A DNA stretch of 61,884 nucleotides, the filler included, from Basidiobolus ranarum (taxonomy: Eukaryota), in NCBI GenBank assembly GCA_040143965.1. It is 8 parts of 8 records of this genome, joined end to end, with 100 filler letters (N's around TTAATTAATTAA, not from the genome) between each part and the next. Parts side by side here need not be neighbours in the genome. Positions count along the whole stretch, not along the records: positions 38,785 to 46,423 come from JASJQH010001088.1; positions 46,524 to 54,156 come from JASJQH010001089.1; 6 more parts are not named here. One strand, 5' to 3'. Below are positions 39,388-51,979 of the stretch, one piece after another (position 1 is the stretch's first letter; each line of letters starts with the position of its first letter). The notes under the pieces were generated by a model, which worked only from the letters and a program-made list of their open reading frames with translations, ran no database searches and was not told the DNA's origin. The position numbers were made by a program, and so were the translations under genes.

Positions 39388-41431
39388 TGTAGATGAGGTA
39401 TTCTAGATGATATGCTTTTCTTGAATGCTTTGATAATGGCTAGACGAGAATCGACCTACTTATATGCAGTTTTTATGGCATAGCCCAGCAAGGTTCAAAA
39501 CTTGTCGACGTATAAAAGAGGCTGTTGTAACATACCATAGCATGGATCGATTTCATCTTGCAATGTTGAACGAATGGTTTCTACCATGGCTATCATTTCC
39601 TAATTGGTTGCACCCAAACATGTACCTTTCATCACAATACTTTAAAGAACATAAACCAGCTAGCGTTCTCCCCCAAAAGAAGCAAATATGTAGAATGGCG
39701 AGGCCGTAGAACGAATCCCCAAATCTAATGGGCAAGACTACCGGTATTAGTTATCTACTACAAATCAACATTGAATCTTATCCTGCCATATCTTTTGCTC
39801 ATGAATTTGGTGCCACTATTATAACCTAAAATACGCTCACGCAACAATCTCTGACATGGCTACTTTCGTCGATCTTATCTGCTTGTTTTTCTTATAGCGA
39901 GTACACATAGAATGCTGAAGTTGGTCCAATCAGTCACATTGTCCTAACCATGACTCTTGAGCACCTACTATAAATCTTAACGACTATTGTGATACTGTCG
40001 AATCACTACAACTATCTCTGTGATCTAGAGCAAGTTTCAGGCGCTAGATATACTTGGACTATTCAAGTGTAAAGGCTGGTTAGATTCCACCAGCTCTACC
40101 TAGCCAACTATTTTAGCCCATTGAGCACTAGCAAGTCATGCCGACGACCTCGAAGATATGTGCATCATACTTTCAAGCGTTGAAGTGGATGATAGTGAGA
40201 GGAGTTCATGGCAGAGAAATGCTTACCCCAACACAAACCCAGGTAATGACTGCAAAACCAAGATACCGTTGGTAATGGGAATTACCGTAATCCTGATCTA
40301 TAGCATCAAGATCCGCGGAAGATAGTTTAGAAAATCAATATTTATTAAGTGGAAACGTCAAAACTTTGAATCAGTCTTAGTTCAAGATCGGTACCGCATT
40401 TTGCATATGGCTGGTATCACCTCAGATTTCTAGTAAAGATAGAGCTAATCCTAACACACTTCTGAGCCACCCATCCTGATCTGTGACTACCATGCTTATT
40501 TGAATGCTGAAATTCGTCAACGGGATAAAGGATTGGGTCGCCAATTAGAGACCTCCATCTTTTCATTAGACTGCTCAAGCGATTAGCTAGTAGATATGCC
40601 GATCTACAGCCAATTTTAGAAGTACCTGTGCATCAATAACCGGATTCGCATGAATACTTGGTGATATAACTGTGGATATAGGTACAGTATTAAGCAAAAC
40701 CAGAAAATCCTTGGCATGCACACAATACATGCACCCGTACATGCCAAAAGAGCATAACTGTGAGGGAAACTTGATGCGTTGTAACTCCAAGCGATCATTT
40801 ACTACTTTGGGGGCCTTGACAAATATTTACAATTTAGCCCAGCCCATGCTACCCTTTGGCTAATAAGCTCTTCATATTTCGCAAGGGATTTTGGAGGGTA
40901 CCATGTAAGCACTTGAGATCGGCATAATTTTGTTACACTGGTGAGAAAAATCACCACGTAATTTGAATTCGGTGCCAAAATCTGGATGATCTTCCAGTTC
41001 ATTTCTACTCCTAGATTGAAGATACCCCAAATTGCTAACCCAATCTCCAACATGGACCAAGCTGCTACAACAATGGTGGAAACCCAATGGCCAAAATGTG
41101 CTAATGAGCACTTGCTAGTGCCCCCTTATTCCGAAGCAGAGCATCCCACAACATTCGCACGTTATGTTCCTTATTACTTGCAACACGCCAGTGGAACGGT
41201 TCTCCATCAGTGATAGGGTACAGGCCACCATGTAAGTAGTATATTAGAAGCTAATTGGATACTATGTTAGTCATTCTCAATAAACAGCATTCCAAGTAAT
41301 ACCACTACGTGTCTAATATGTCGAATTGGAGGACTCCAGATAGATCATTGATGCGTAGCTTTCAGATATTATTTGTGACTGCCACTCGGGCGTGTACATT
41401 CGTTACTCGATTCACATACTAACAATATAAT

Positions 41432-41465
41432 CAAATTAGAGGCTACAACAAATTAGAGGCTACAA
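41432..41465 (+). repeat. Perfect 17-bp tandem duplication
   Basis: caaattagaggctacaa x2. Confidence 0.9.
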
Positions 41466-42490
41466 GTATGTGGAGCATCTCAGGATAGGTTCCAGTATTC
41501 GCAGCCGCTGGTTGATCTCTTACTTTGAAAGCATTCGAGTGGCTATCAAGGCGCCTTTGCGGTCAAATTGTACATGGTTAATCTAGACAAGACGCCATTT
41601 AGACAATCGGCGTAGCTTGAGTCTCCGCCATCAGCAAGGCACACAAAGCAACGAACATAGTCCGAGGCAGTCGATCACAACCTACTCCGACAAATTGATA
41701 GATTCTAAGCACGTGATCCTGGTGTATTCAAAGTATAAATGCGAGATGGAATGGCCACTATTTGATCAGTTTGCAAAGATTTCTGGCGTGCTCTAGGTCT
41801 GGAAGATACACTACGCACAGAATTGGCCACAATTTCAAGACAAGTACCCATTAATCAAAGGAAAAGTACTCATTCATCAAAAGATAAGTACTCTACAATG
41901 GCCGACCCCTGAACGGATTTGCAGCCATTCTTTGCAACAATTTCTTGCTGTTGTAGAGCCCTCCAAGCTCGCCATCAGGTACTAGTTCTACCTCCCTGAT
42001 GTCTACATGGCACATCGAAGTTATGACAAAGATGACTAAGATTACCGTAGTATTTGTCCTACTCTATTGAGCAATTTGAGCTATGCCCGATTACTTTGTG
42101 GCAACGGTTACAGTAAGAATCATAATTAGAATATACATCCAAATGAGTCACAACCATTGGCTAATACTGTGCAATCGAGTCTAATTAGAATATACAGAGC
42201 AATATCAAGATGAGACCATTCCTTAAACTTCATTACTTAAGCAGGCTTCGATTGCCATTAACAAACGTCCAGATTCATCCCACTTGATTCGCTAAATTAA
42301 GTAATACCGCAGACTATCCTGTGACGGTGATCCTATGTATCATACTAAGATCATTCCCTGGGTACTGTATACTAGCTACTATTTGGTGCAATATACTTAT
42401 TCATTTATCAGTTCATTCATTCGATTTGGTGCTAGCAGAGTGAGCCAAAGTGTTGCAAAATAGATCTAATACAAGTGACTCACGGAGCAA

Positions 42491-43984
42491 CTAATAGAGA
42501 GCTTTGAAGTTCATAGTAAGGTCCCGGGTTTCCATGAGCCCTGAAGCTGGCATAGTTTTTAATCTATCGAAGTGTATACTGTTGGTTGGTAAAGTCCACG
42601 AGAACTTGCGCAATAACATGCTCAAAACAACTCTTTGCTCGATAAGTGAGAAGTTCATTCCTATACAACGGCGACCACCTCCACCGAAAGGCATCCAAGA
42701 GAAAAGGTCCTGATTGACCTTCTCATCCAAAAATCGTTCAGGCATAAAACGGTATGGGTTTTCCCATATATTAGGGTTATGATGCATAGCGTAAATTTGA
42801 ACACTAGTAGCTGTTCCAGCTGGAAGTACAAACTCTCCAAATTGAACAGGCTCGGTGGTGCGACGGGAAACAACTTGTGCTGCTGATGGGTTTAGTCGCA
42901 TGGATTCTTTCATTATCGCCGTAATGAACGGAAGAGAATTTTGCTGTTGTTCGAAAGTGGGATAGATGTCCTTTTCCTCATTACTTAATACGCTGATGAC
43001 CTCTTCTCGCGCCTTTTGCTGATATTCAGGATGAATACTCAAATAGTAGATGGCGGAGGAAAGTGCATTAGCTGTAGTATCGTGGCCAGCAATGAAAAAT
43101 ATGATAACATCATTCCGAATCTCTTTCGGTGTTAGCTTTTCATTCTCCGCTTCACCTGCTTGTATCATGAGTGTAACTAAGTCAGCACTTTGAGCGTCTA
43201 CAGCTTTTCCTTCGCGGACTTTTTCCACTTTACTGTTTATAATATCCATGATAAATTGGTTGAACTTTTCAAGCTCAGTATGATATCCACGGCGACCTAA
43301 CAGTGGTGCATTCTCTAAGAACGGAAACATTGCATACAACGGATTACCAAGTCCAGTCATGATAGTGTTGTAGAGCTTCACAATTTCTCCTCCTTGGTTT
43401 TCAATGGAATTGAAGTCGTAATCGAAAATTGCTTTTCCTAGTGCATCCAAAGTCATTCGCTGCATCATCTCCTTGACTGGGACATTTGTACTTGTCCTGT
43501 CAATTTCAGAGATCAATCTAGACATCAGTTCGCCGAAAGTAGAAGTAGTCCAAGTACGATGGAATGCGGGGTTAGCGACGCGTCGATGCTTTCTCCATTC
43601 ATCCCCATTAGAAGAGACGATGTTGACGCTGGTCAGCTTGGCCCGTAAAGTGTTTGGCTGCTCTCTGCTCATTATGATTTTGGGGAAAACATCCCCCTTA
43701 TTCATTAGGATGGTTTTTGCATAATCTGGATTGGCCACTATCACCGTCCATTTTCCAAATAAGTAATGTCTCGCAACTCCTTTTTTGGTTATCACGGGCA
43801 CAACAAACTTGTCAAAGCGTTCTGAAGAGTCCATCGACATAATGGAGGCCCATGTGCTTTTCCACAAAGGCACAGCAGGGATGTCTTGAAGTGCTTTAGG
43901 ACACTTGACCTTTTCGTACAAGTACCATAATATGGCAACAACAGGCGCGAGTAGAAATATCGGAATTGTCAACAAGTCCACCAT
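42491..43984 (-). CDS. Cytochrome P450, single exon, 497 aa
   Basis: N-terminal TM anchor, WRKHR, I-helix AGHDTT, ExxR (ESMR), PERF, heme motif FGGGGRRCIG. Confidence 0.97.
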   Translation of the reverse strand: MVDLLTIPIFLLAPVVAILWYLYEKVKCPKALQDIPAVPLWKSTWASIMSMDSSERFDKFVVPVITKKGVARHYLFGKWTVIVANPDYAKTILMNKGDVFPKIIMSREQPNTLRAKLTSVNIVSSNGDEWRKHRRVANPAFHRTWTTSTFGELMSRLISEIDRTSTNVPVKEMMQRMTLDALGKAIFDYDFNSIENQGGEIVKLYNTIMTGLGNPLYAMFPFLENAPLLGRRGYHTELEKFNQFIMDIINSKVEKVREGKAVDAQSADLVTLMIQAGEAENEKLTPKEIRNDVIIFFIAGHDTTANALSSAIYYLSIHPEYQQKAREEVISVLSNEEKDIYPTFEQQQNSLPFITAIMKESMRLNPSAAQVVSRRTTEPVQFGEFVLPAGTATSVQIYAMHHNPNIWENPYRFMPERFLDEKVNQDLFSWMPFGGGGRRCIGMNFSLIEQRVVLSMLLRKFSWTLPTNSIHFDRLKTMPASGLMETRDLTMNFKALY

Positions 43985-45691
43985 TGTTGGTTTAGTTTGA
44001 TGAGAGATATAATCAGGTTGATTTAGGTTTTACGGATGTTGGGAGTCTTTATATACCAGAAACCAAGTCAACGGCGGTGGGGAAATTGTAGGCTTATTCT
44101 CCGCTAACATAAGCGCTACTTAATGTAACTTGTTCATTATCGTCGCAGATTGCCTTTGGCAAAACGGAAATCATCTGCCGAGGATCCGGTGGCAGCTTAT
44201 ATATTTGCTTGCATATCGCTCTCTGTAGACAAAAGTCAGTAATGATCGCACTCTGGTGAATGCTAGCCTATCCTTGAGAGGTGATGTCATGCAATTTATA
44301 TTTATAGACACGGCTGTACTATCAATCAATGTACGATTCCAGGATTGAGGCACTAATTCTTTAAACGTCATCCATATCAACCCAAGAGCCAATACTGTTC
44401 GGCGATGGGCGAAACAGTCTCAAAGAATAGCACCAGTGACTACTTCTAGTAGTTAATCAGATTCTTATGTACTCGTACTCTCCTACAAAAGATGTAATTT
44501 AGCTTACAGATTAATCACATGGAGAGAAATCACAGTGTTACCTGGCCATCAGTTGCCCATTGCAACGAGCAGCAGGCCGGCTAGTTTGATCCGAGTACTT
44601 TGACGAAGACGAGACCCATATTTACAACTGTGCAGGAGAGTAACAATACGTCGTAATTGGGTGGGCCCTTCCTAACATTAGTGGCTTCTTTTTAGGAAAA
44701 GTATTTGACGATGGAATATCCTTCAGGGGCTTGGCCGAGGTTTCATTGCGTTTAGTATGGGCCATGCTTCTTGCCACCGTGTCAATTAAACACTTGTATT
44801 CCAGGTGAGCATGCAATTTTTATATCTGGGGTAGTATTGGTTTAGAATGTAGTGGACCAAGCTGGCCGTGATGGAAGGTTAGTGCAGAAACTAGAGATAC
44901 GTTTAGAGCGCTGAACAAAATTGTTCAATTTGGAATGAAGAGTTATGCCATCGACAGTTCTGCTAGTCAATAAACACTTCATTTCCTGGCAATTCCAATG
45001 TATGTATTTGTTGAGATATTATTCCCTAGCATTATAATTGAAAGCTGAACTATGTCGAGAATCAAAACATCATGTGATGGGTGAAACGGAATGTTAGTAC
45101 TTGGCTTAGAGAAACATGGTCGTTACTCAATGACCCATGTAAATGACATAATCCCTTGTTTGCTGTAATAACAGAATATTTATTTACGAAACACGGCAGC
45201 CTTTTAAATCACAACGCTTGTTCCATACACATCTGTGAATGTTCAGCGACAATAAGATTTGGAAATATATCCAAAACCCACTTGACGTTGCAACTTCCTT
45301 AATCTCTATTCCCATCTATATTTATTACTATCCGACTTGTTGATATTTCCAAATTAACTGAAGAGAACTATGAGGATTAGGTTGGATTAAATAGACATTG
45401 ACTGAGTAAGAAAGTCACTCCTACACATTTCGCTGATCACAGCTGCGTGAGTATTGAAACCGTTCCACTAACCTTTGGGCCCAATTTTAAGGATTTTGAT
45501 CTAGACTCAATCTATCTGATCACGATAACTATAGTCTTTCAAGCTCGACGAGATATTGCCTTGAGTGCAACCCTTCATTATAAAAGTTGTGGACATGGAA
45601 AAATTGCCATTATTAAAACTCTGATGGTTGGCTGTACATCTTTGAGTAAGCGAAGCCCGCAGAAAGACTCGCTAATATTTAGCAATCTCTT

Positions 45692-46423
45692 AGGGGGATG
45701 AAAAGCACCAGGTGGTGTAGACTTTATTTAGTTTAAATACTAATCTAAACAAAGTGACAATCAAGACATAAATCTTTTAAGATGTTGTGACAATACTGGA
45801 TCATATCCATACTTAACTTGATGACCAATGTAATCAAGCTCAGAGGAAGTAAATATAGTGTTAAGAGGCAAAGGTGGTAAGCAGAAAGGAAGGTACTCAG
45901 TACAAACTAGAAGGACAATAGGACAAAAACTTGGAATAATGGGAATCAAGAAAGGTGTCTTAGAGGCAAGGTATTGCTTCAAAAGGTCTAGCTGGAAGTC
46001 TATAGCAACAATTTTAGGCTGTTTTGTTTCATGCAGCTGTAAAGCTAACTCAGAAACAACAGGATCATCTTGTATCAATTTCCAGCATGATAGTGCATTT
46101 GAAGATGGTATGACTAGCCACTTCTTAATCAGTTGCTTTCTACAGTCATTTAGCTAGAGTAGAAATCTTGCTCTCAGGAACACTACTATAATACAATATG
46201 GGAAGAATCCAACAGTTCCATTTGGAGCATGATCATAGAGAGTCTCAGGCAAGTCAGGCATAGGGGGGATGAAAAGCACCAGATGGTGTGGACTTTATTT
46301 AGCTTAAATACTAATCTAAACAAGGTGACAATCCAGACATCAATCTTTTAAGATATTGTGACAATACTGGATCATATCCATACTTAACCTGATGATCAAT
46401 GTAATGAAGTTCAAAGGACATAA
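45692..46423. repeat. Diverged direct repeat, ~570-bp period (copies begin ~45692 and ~46261), CpG-free, probably TE-derived
   Basis: tagggggatgaaaagcaccag(g/a)tggtgt...gtgacaatactggatcatatccatacttaac repeated over ~155 bp until the contig ends. Confidence 0.85.
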
Positions 46424-46523
46424 NNNNNNNNNNNNNNNNNNNNNNNNNNNNNNNNNNNNNNNNNNNNTTAATTAATTAANNNNNNNNNNNNNNNNNNNNN
46501 NNNNNNNNNNNNNNNNNNNNNNN
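46424..46523. other. Artificial contig linker
   Basis: N44-TTAATTAATTAA-N44. Confidence 0.99.
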
Positions 46524-46823
46524 TTCCATGTGTCTCTCCTGGAGCCACATTCCAGAAATACCTTTCAATCCAATTATCCATCTCCAGCAATCCAAATTGA
46601 AGTACACCCTGAATATGAAGTAAGCCAAATTTTAGATTCCAATATTTATCAATGCAATTTGCAATATTAAGTGGACTGGAAGGGATACTCAACTAATCAT
46701 CAATTGTGGGAGCCAGCAACAAATCTTTACAACTCAAAGGAACATTGCCAGGAGTCTCATGAAACCTACCCAGAAAAACCTGGCCCTGTGATGTCTGGAA
46801 GCTATCACCAAAGGAGAGGATAC
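46524..46823 (+). mobile_element. Ty3/gypsy chromovirus integrase C-terminus (chromodomain) and polypurine tract, decayed
   Basis: FHVSLLEP...EYEVSQILDS...LQY*VDWKGYSTNHQLWEPATNL...YPEKPG; PPT aaaggagagga at ~46810-46820. Confidence 0.88.
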
Positions 46824-47387
46824 TGTAATGATTCTGATCTTGGCATACTCATCCACTGCATATAAAACTCTTCTATTGATGGATTATGACATCATAGTTA
46901 TTGTGCCATGCTTTCTTGGTAATCTTTTGTTAGTTCATCCAGGTTACCTGGTATAGAAGTTGTGTTCTTTTGAACATTCCATGAAACCTAACTAATTATG
47001 CAATCCCACATATAGTGTATCTCTACCTAGACCTTCCATGGAAGGTCACCTGATCATCCTCACAACTTCCCTCTTTGTATTGGTCCTTGTAGTCCCCAAC
47101 ACCCTAACACTTGAACTTGCCACAGTATATTCCCTATTCAGTATATTATACTTCACCCAGCAACATCTATAAAAGCTTCATGTTTTATTTGATCAAATCA
47201 GACCAATCAATGCCAGTTATCAATAAGGATTCCTGCCAAAGCATTTTCCCTGTGAAGTCTTGTCTTGGCATGCCTTGTGGTCTACACCCAAGTACTCTCC
47301 TGCTTTCTAGCCTCCTGTCATTGCTTTAAGTCCTTGTCCAGCCTCTTGTCATTGTTTCCAGTCTTTGTCCAATTCCTTATTGTGACA
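46824..47387 (+). mobile_element. Putative 3' LTR of the chromovirus
   Basis: Begins TGTAATG just after the PPT; candidate end TGTGACA after a pyrimidine-rich tract; contains ctataaaa and aataa. Confidence 0.6.
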
Positions 47388-47762
47388 CCAGTTGTTTTAG
47401 CATACTGGTGGCAAATAAGAGCACTTGATGATTGATTGATTTGTTGTATGAGAGTGTTGATCAGGATGCTTGATGCATTTTTTAGATCAGCAATTAATAA
47501 ATCAATCTTGTAAGTTTCTAATTGAGTGAGATTATGAACAGATTGAGCAATATCCAGTCAATATAGCTGCACAAGCTTTTATTAACAGACATTTTTCACT
47601 TATTAGTGATGAAATTACTTGAATTGTTAGGACATCTTGGATTTTTTTGTTATATTACAAATCTATGCTATCAATGTTTCTTAAAGACATTAGCAAGCAT
47701 GATTCAACTGAAGTGATTCATGCTACATTTCACTGCAATTCATTTCAATGAAGCATGAAGCT

Positions 47763-49450
47763 CTAAACAGTAAAGATAGGATAATGTAAGGATGAACAGG
47801 AGAGCTCTGCAGCTGCCCAGGATTGAAGTGGTACATGTTGTTTTTCTTCTGCTATTTTTGTGTGCACCTTGATACTCCTAAAGAAGGAACTTTGTCTCAA
47901 TCCCTATACCAGGTTGGTTGCTTTGATCCTGCTAAAGTTCCTCTACCTTGGCCAGTATGAGTTTGCCTAGAGGTCAATACACTGTGATATGCATTGGTTC
48001 ATCTGGTCTGGTGTGCAGTATGTTTGTTTCTCAAGTCTCTTTTATGAACTTGGAGACTTCACTTAATGGGTCAACCAGCCATTATTGCTGGCACTTAGTA
48101 CTCTGTATCAACCTGGAATGCATCACTTGAGGTTTGTGCTTAACAGTTATTAACTCCTCTACAACAATGATAGCTTCCTCTTGTTTGACTGGCCATGCTT
48201 GAGGTCACATGGCAGTACATGTTGCAGCAAGTTGTCTACATTGCAGTTTATGCTTTACAGTTGTTACTTCTTCAACCACATTAGAAGCTTCAACTCTCTT
48301 GACTGGCCATAGCTGTTATTGCATGGCAGTAAGTGTTGCAGCAAGTTGTCTACCTTATGATTTGTGTTTGGGGGTTAGTGCTTCTACCATGGTAAAAGCC
48401 TCATCTCTTTGACTGGCTATTGCCATGGTTGCATGTTGGAACATGTTGGTGCATGCTGTCTTGATCTTGAGGGGGTACACATTGTAACAGATTGCTGTCA
48501 TAATAGTCTGCTCACAGGACTCCAATGTTTATCCAACAAAGTGGATGGCTCAATAATGCTTGCAGTTACCCTTTGTTGCTATCATGCAGTAGTACACATC
48601 AAATTCATATGTGTGTCAGGGGGCTTACTCCTTATAGCCAACTCTTTTTCAGATGCAAACAGCTCATTAGTTGGTTTGGTTGAATCAGGTAAATCATGCA
48701 CAAAGATGTCTGATAATGTGAGCTCTCCTCTTGGTGGTTTGTTATTGACTGCCTGCTCTTCATGAAAAGCAGGAGAAATATCATAGACTCTCCCAAGTTG
48801 GCATTGCTGTCAATGTGTACTAATAGCTGATTAATAAACTCAATGGGCTCTTTACATATATTGGAGGTCTTACCTCAATTCTAGTATTGTGCTGTATAGA
48901 TTCTTCTTGTGAAGTAACTACTTTGTTAGGAGTCTTTTTGACTTGGAGTGACCTGTTAAATTTGTGCAAAAGTCCAAACTGCTTTAAACTACCTTTAAGA
49001 GTATCTCCTGATTCAATAAAATGTCTTGCTTTTCTCTTTGCAAATCTGATAATTACTCTTGCCATAGTGTCCTTAAATGTTGCTTTGACCTTGGCAATCT
49101 TGATTTACAGCTGTTGCAACATCTTGTTGAGTAGGGGTAGATATTTATTTAGAACATCTTTTATCTCCAAAGTTAGGCTTCAATGGTTGCTTCATGACCA
49201 CACAGGCAAAAATGCAATTGGAACTGTGCTGTTGCAGTTCAAATTGAAATTCCTGTTTGTCAGTTCATGCTTTGTATCTTCATGGGTTTTAGTGTATACT
49301 TTCTTGCCAACTTCTGAGGGCATGAAGATATGGTATTCTCTCCAAAGCAGAGTCAAAGGTTGCTTCCTCTTTTGTCTAATGACCCCTTCCTCAGCTTCTG
49401 TCAAGTTCATCAACAAACTCCCAAATATCCACGCAAGAATTTACAGTAGA
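47763..49450 (-). pseudogene. Long decayed ORF of unknown family with ~38-aa internal repeats
   Basis: Mostly open minus-strand reading with scattered TGA/TAA stops and frameshifts, covering ORF fragments 49192-49416 and 48820-49065. Repeat unit RQLAAT.TAM....WPVK..EA...VEE..TVKHK. Confidence 0.5.
48140..48465. repeat. Three diverged tandem units of ~110-114 bp
   Basis: tgactggc anchor at 48186, 48300 and 48410; tgttgcagcaagttgtctac is shared by the first two units. Confidence 0.85.
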
Positions 49451-51979
49451 TACACAGGCATCTGTAAATCATTAGGCACATGCTGCTATGTTCCACCTAT
49501 ACTGTCATTATACAGCATGTGCAAGATTTTGGGAGTGAGAGTGTCCTGTAATAAAGTAGATGGTGATTCAGGAAGAACCTGCTGTGACTGGATATGTAAC
49601 TACTATATGTATCTAGGATGTTAAACTATATTGCTTCAAATCAGAATTAGGAATCTTTTAAATCATTAGTTAAAATGTCAAAGTTAATTACCTGCTGTCT
49701 GATCAAGCATAATGCATTCTGCATTGAGCTGTTTTGATATTTACATCTAATACATTGATTCAGATTGAACTATTCAGAATTTTGTTGATGCAGTTTATAT
49801 TATAATTTCCATGCAACTAGACATAATTGAGACCACTTGAATACTTAATGCTAACAAATTTGGTAAATAGAATATATGGAATTTTACAGTGATTGTTAAG
49901 ATTCTTAGATAAATATCTTACAAAAGCCCAACTGATCTTTATTGTGCTGGCCCAAAACAGAATTAGTATCCTGCTCTCCATGCACTTTAAATGGTCCTTA
50001 CTCATCAATCTAAAAGCAACTACTGGCTTTCCTATCACCACCTTAGAAGCTATATTTGAGAAATTCTGTGGTTCATAGACTCCAATACTTACCAGAAAGC
50101 TGCTAGTTGATCTTTACACTGTGAAATATTGATCCTAATATTTGGCATGCCTTATTTAATTTCCATAAGTTTTGGCAAAAATCCAATTTGAATGGCTCAT
50201 GACTGGGTTGCTGTAAAAGAATTTGAATTGATATGTGCATCTTTATTTAGATATTTTAGGCTTTGTATTCATGCCATTACGACAATCAAAAAATGCAACA
50301 ATCTTGTTGTGTTTAGTCTGTAAAGATGCAAAAACTTGAAAGATCTGATATAACTCAACAACATATTTATCCTTAGCAGCAAACTAATGTTGGAAAAGTT
50401 GCTAAGCAACCAAAATACCCCTAACTTGCAGTCAACAAATGAATGGCCAAAAGTTGATATGTCATTGCTTGGCTAGATTGCCTCAAGGCCAAAGCAATAA
50501 TACTTTGTATCTCAAACTATCTTACCAAAAAGTCTATCTTGCAGCTTTCCTAGAAAGTCTGTCACATAATCATACAAACAAAGTAGTCCCAAGTATAGGG
50601 GTACTTACCTTGTGTCCATTAATTGGATCTTGTTGCTGTTATTGTGCACAAACATTGCAAAACTCCTTGAGCACATTGAACAGAGCCCTTTGTTGGGAGC
50701 TTAATATAGTCTGGAGTATCACTAGCCCATTGCATCCTTCACTGATTTTGCTGATGCTTTGTTAATCGGATTAGCATATGGTAATACTGACAATATCCCA
50801 CAGAGCATCTGTTGAATATAGGTATACTCCATGCGCTCCATTGGGAACTCCCAGAATGTTTAGCAAAGGCCTATACTCACTAAGAATTGTGAAAGATGGA
50901 TCAGGGAGTGTATAGAATACTGGCACTGATTCAGTCTATCTTCTTTAAACCAGTGAAAACATTTTTTGTATTCAGATGAAAAATCTTTACACAGTTGCTG
51001 TATTAGCCTGAGATCTTCCAATGCAAGTTGATGGCATAGAAATATATATTAACATTGTATGCAAGAAACTCCCATTCTTGCCAATACTTTTCCTACAGAA
51101 ATCTTTACAAGTTTCCACTTGAATATACATGAACTTATTATATCCAGTATTTGCATGTAAAAAAATGACTAGATGAGTGGATGTTGTTGGGAGAAATGGT
51201 AATATATGATGGTATCTCAGCAATTTTAAGCATTTTCCCAATTGATTTAAACTTTGATCACATATGTGACTTGTCATGTGACTCACTATCTATTCTCTTG
51301 TCCCTCCTATCAGATCATATGAAAAATCATATGATCATTATCAAATCAGTATTCACCTCTGAGTAATCTGCCTAGATGAAAGTCAATAAGAGTCACAAGA
51401 TGATCTTTCACTGACAAGCCTTCAACAGATGTATAACTCACTCCTATATCTGTCTATTCAATCAAATTTTCTTTTATCAGAATTAGTCATGTATTGTCTT
51501 GGCACTGACTAATTCACTCTACAATCAAAAAGTAAAAATAAAGCTGACTGAACCTTTTGGTTTAGTGTGTATCCCAACAAATATAGAATCTCAACATTTC
51601 TCAATGTTTCTCAACAAATTCAATATTCCCCTCTCATTTCCATCCAAACATATTATCCACTGGCATCTACAGAACACCAAGCCTAGCTGGCTAGCAAGCC
51701 TACTCCCTACCATAGCATAGAAACCCACTGCTATTACCAAGACATATATTAGTTGGATCTGCTCTGCTAATATATCCTGCTTTAACAGTTCTAAGTTTCT
51801 GCACTTAACTGTTTCTTTGGTTCAGTAAAGTTTGAGACTTTTTATCCACTTTTCTCTTGGACACAACCCAGCAGATTAAGTAGCATTGAAATATGGTTGA
51901 ATGGTCAGTGCATACTGCCCAATGGGAAGCTCTGGCTCCAGCTGATCACCTTGAGCAACAAATTTTGATGACTTATAGC

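Noticed and set aside
39740..39890. Iron-responsive GATA (SreA-type) sites upstream of the NRPS-like gene
   Set aside because: Only isolated ttatc cores and no exact ATCWGATAA; expected by chance in AT-rich DNA.
44622..44816. Histone H3-like start (MAHTKRN)
   Set aside because: No histone fold follows.
48887..49624. 245-aa plus-strand Cys/Leu-rich ORF
   Set aside because: Antisense to the decayed minus-strand ORF; its composition is what TG-rich, CpG-decayed DNA yields.
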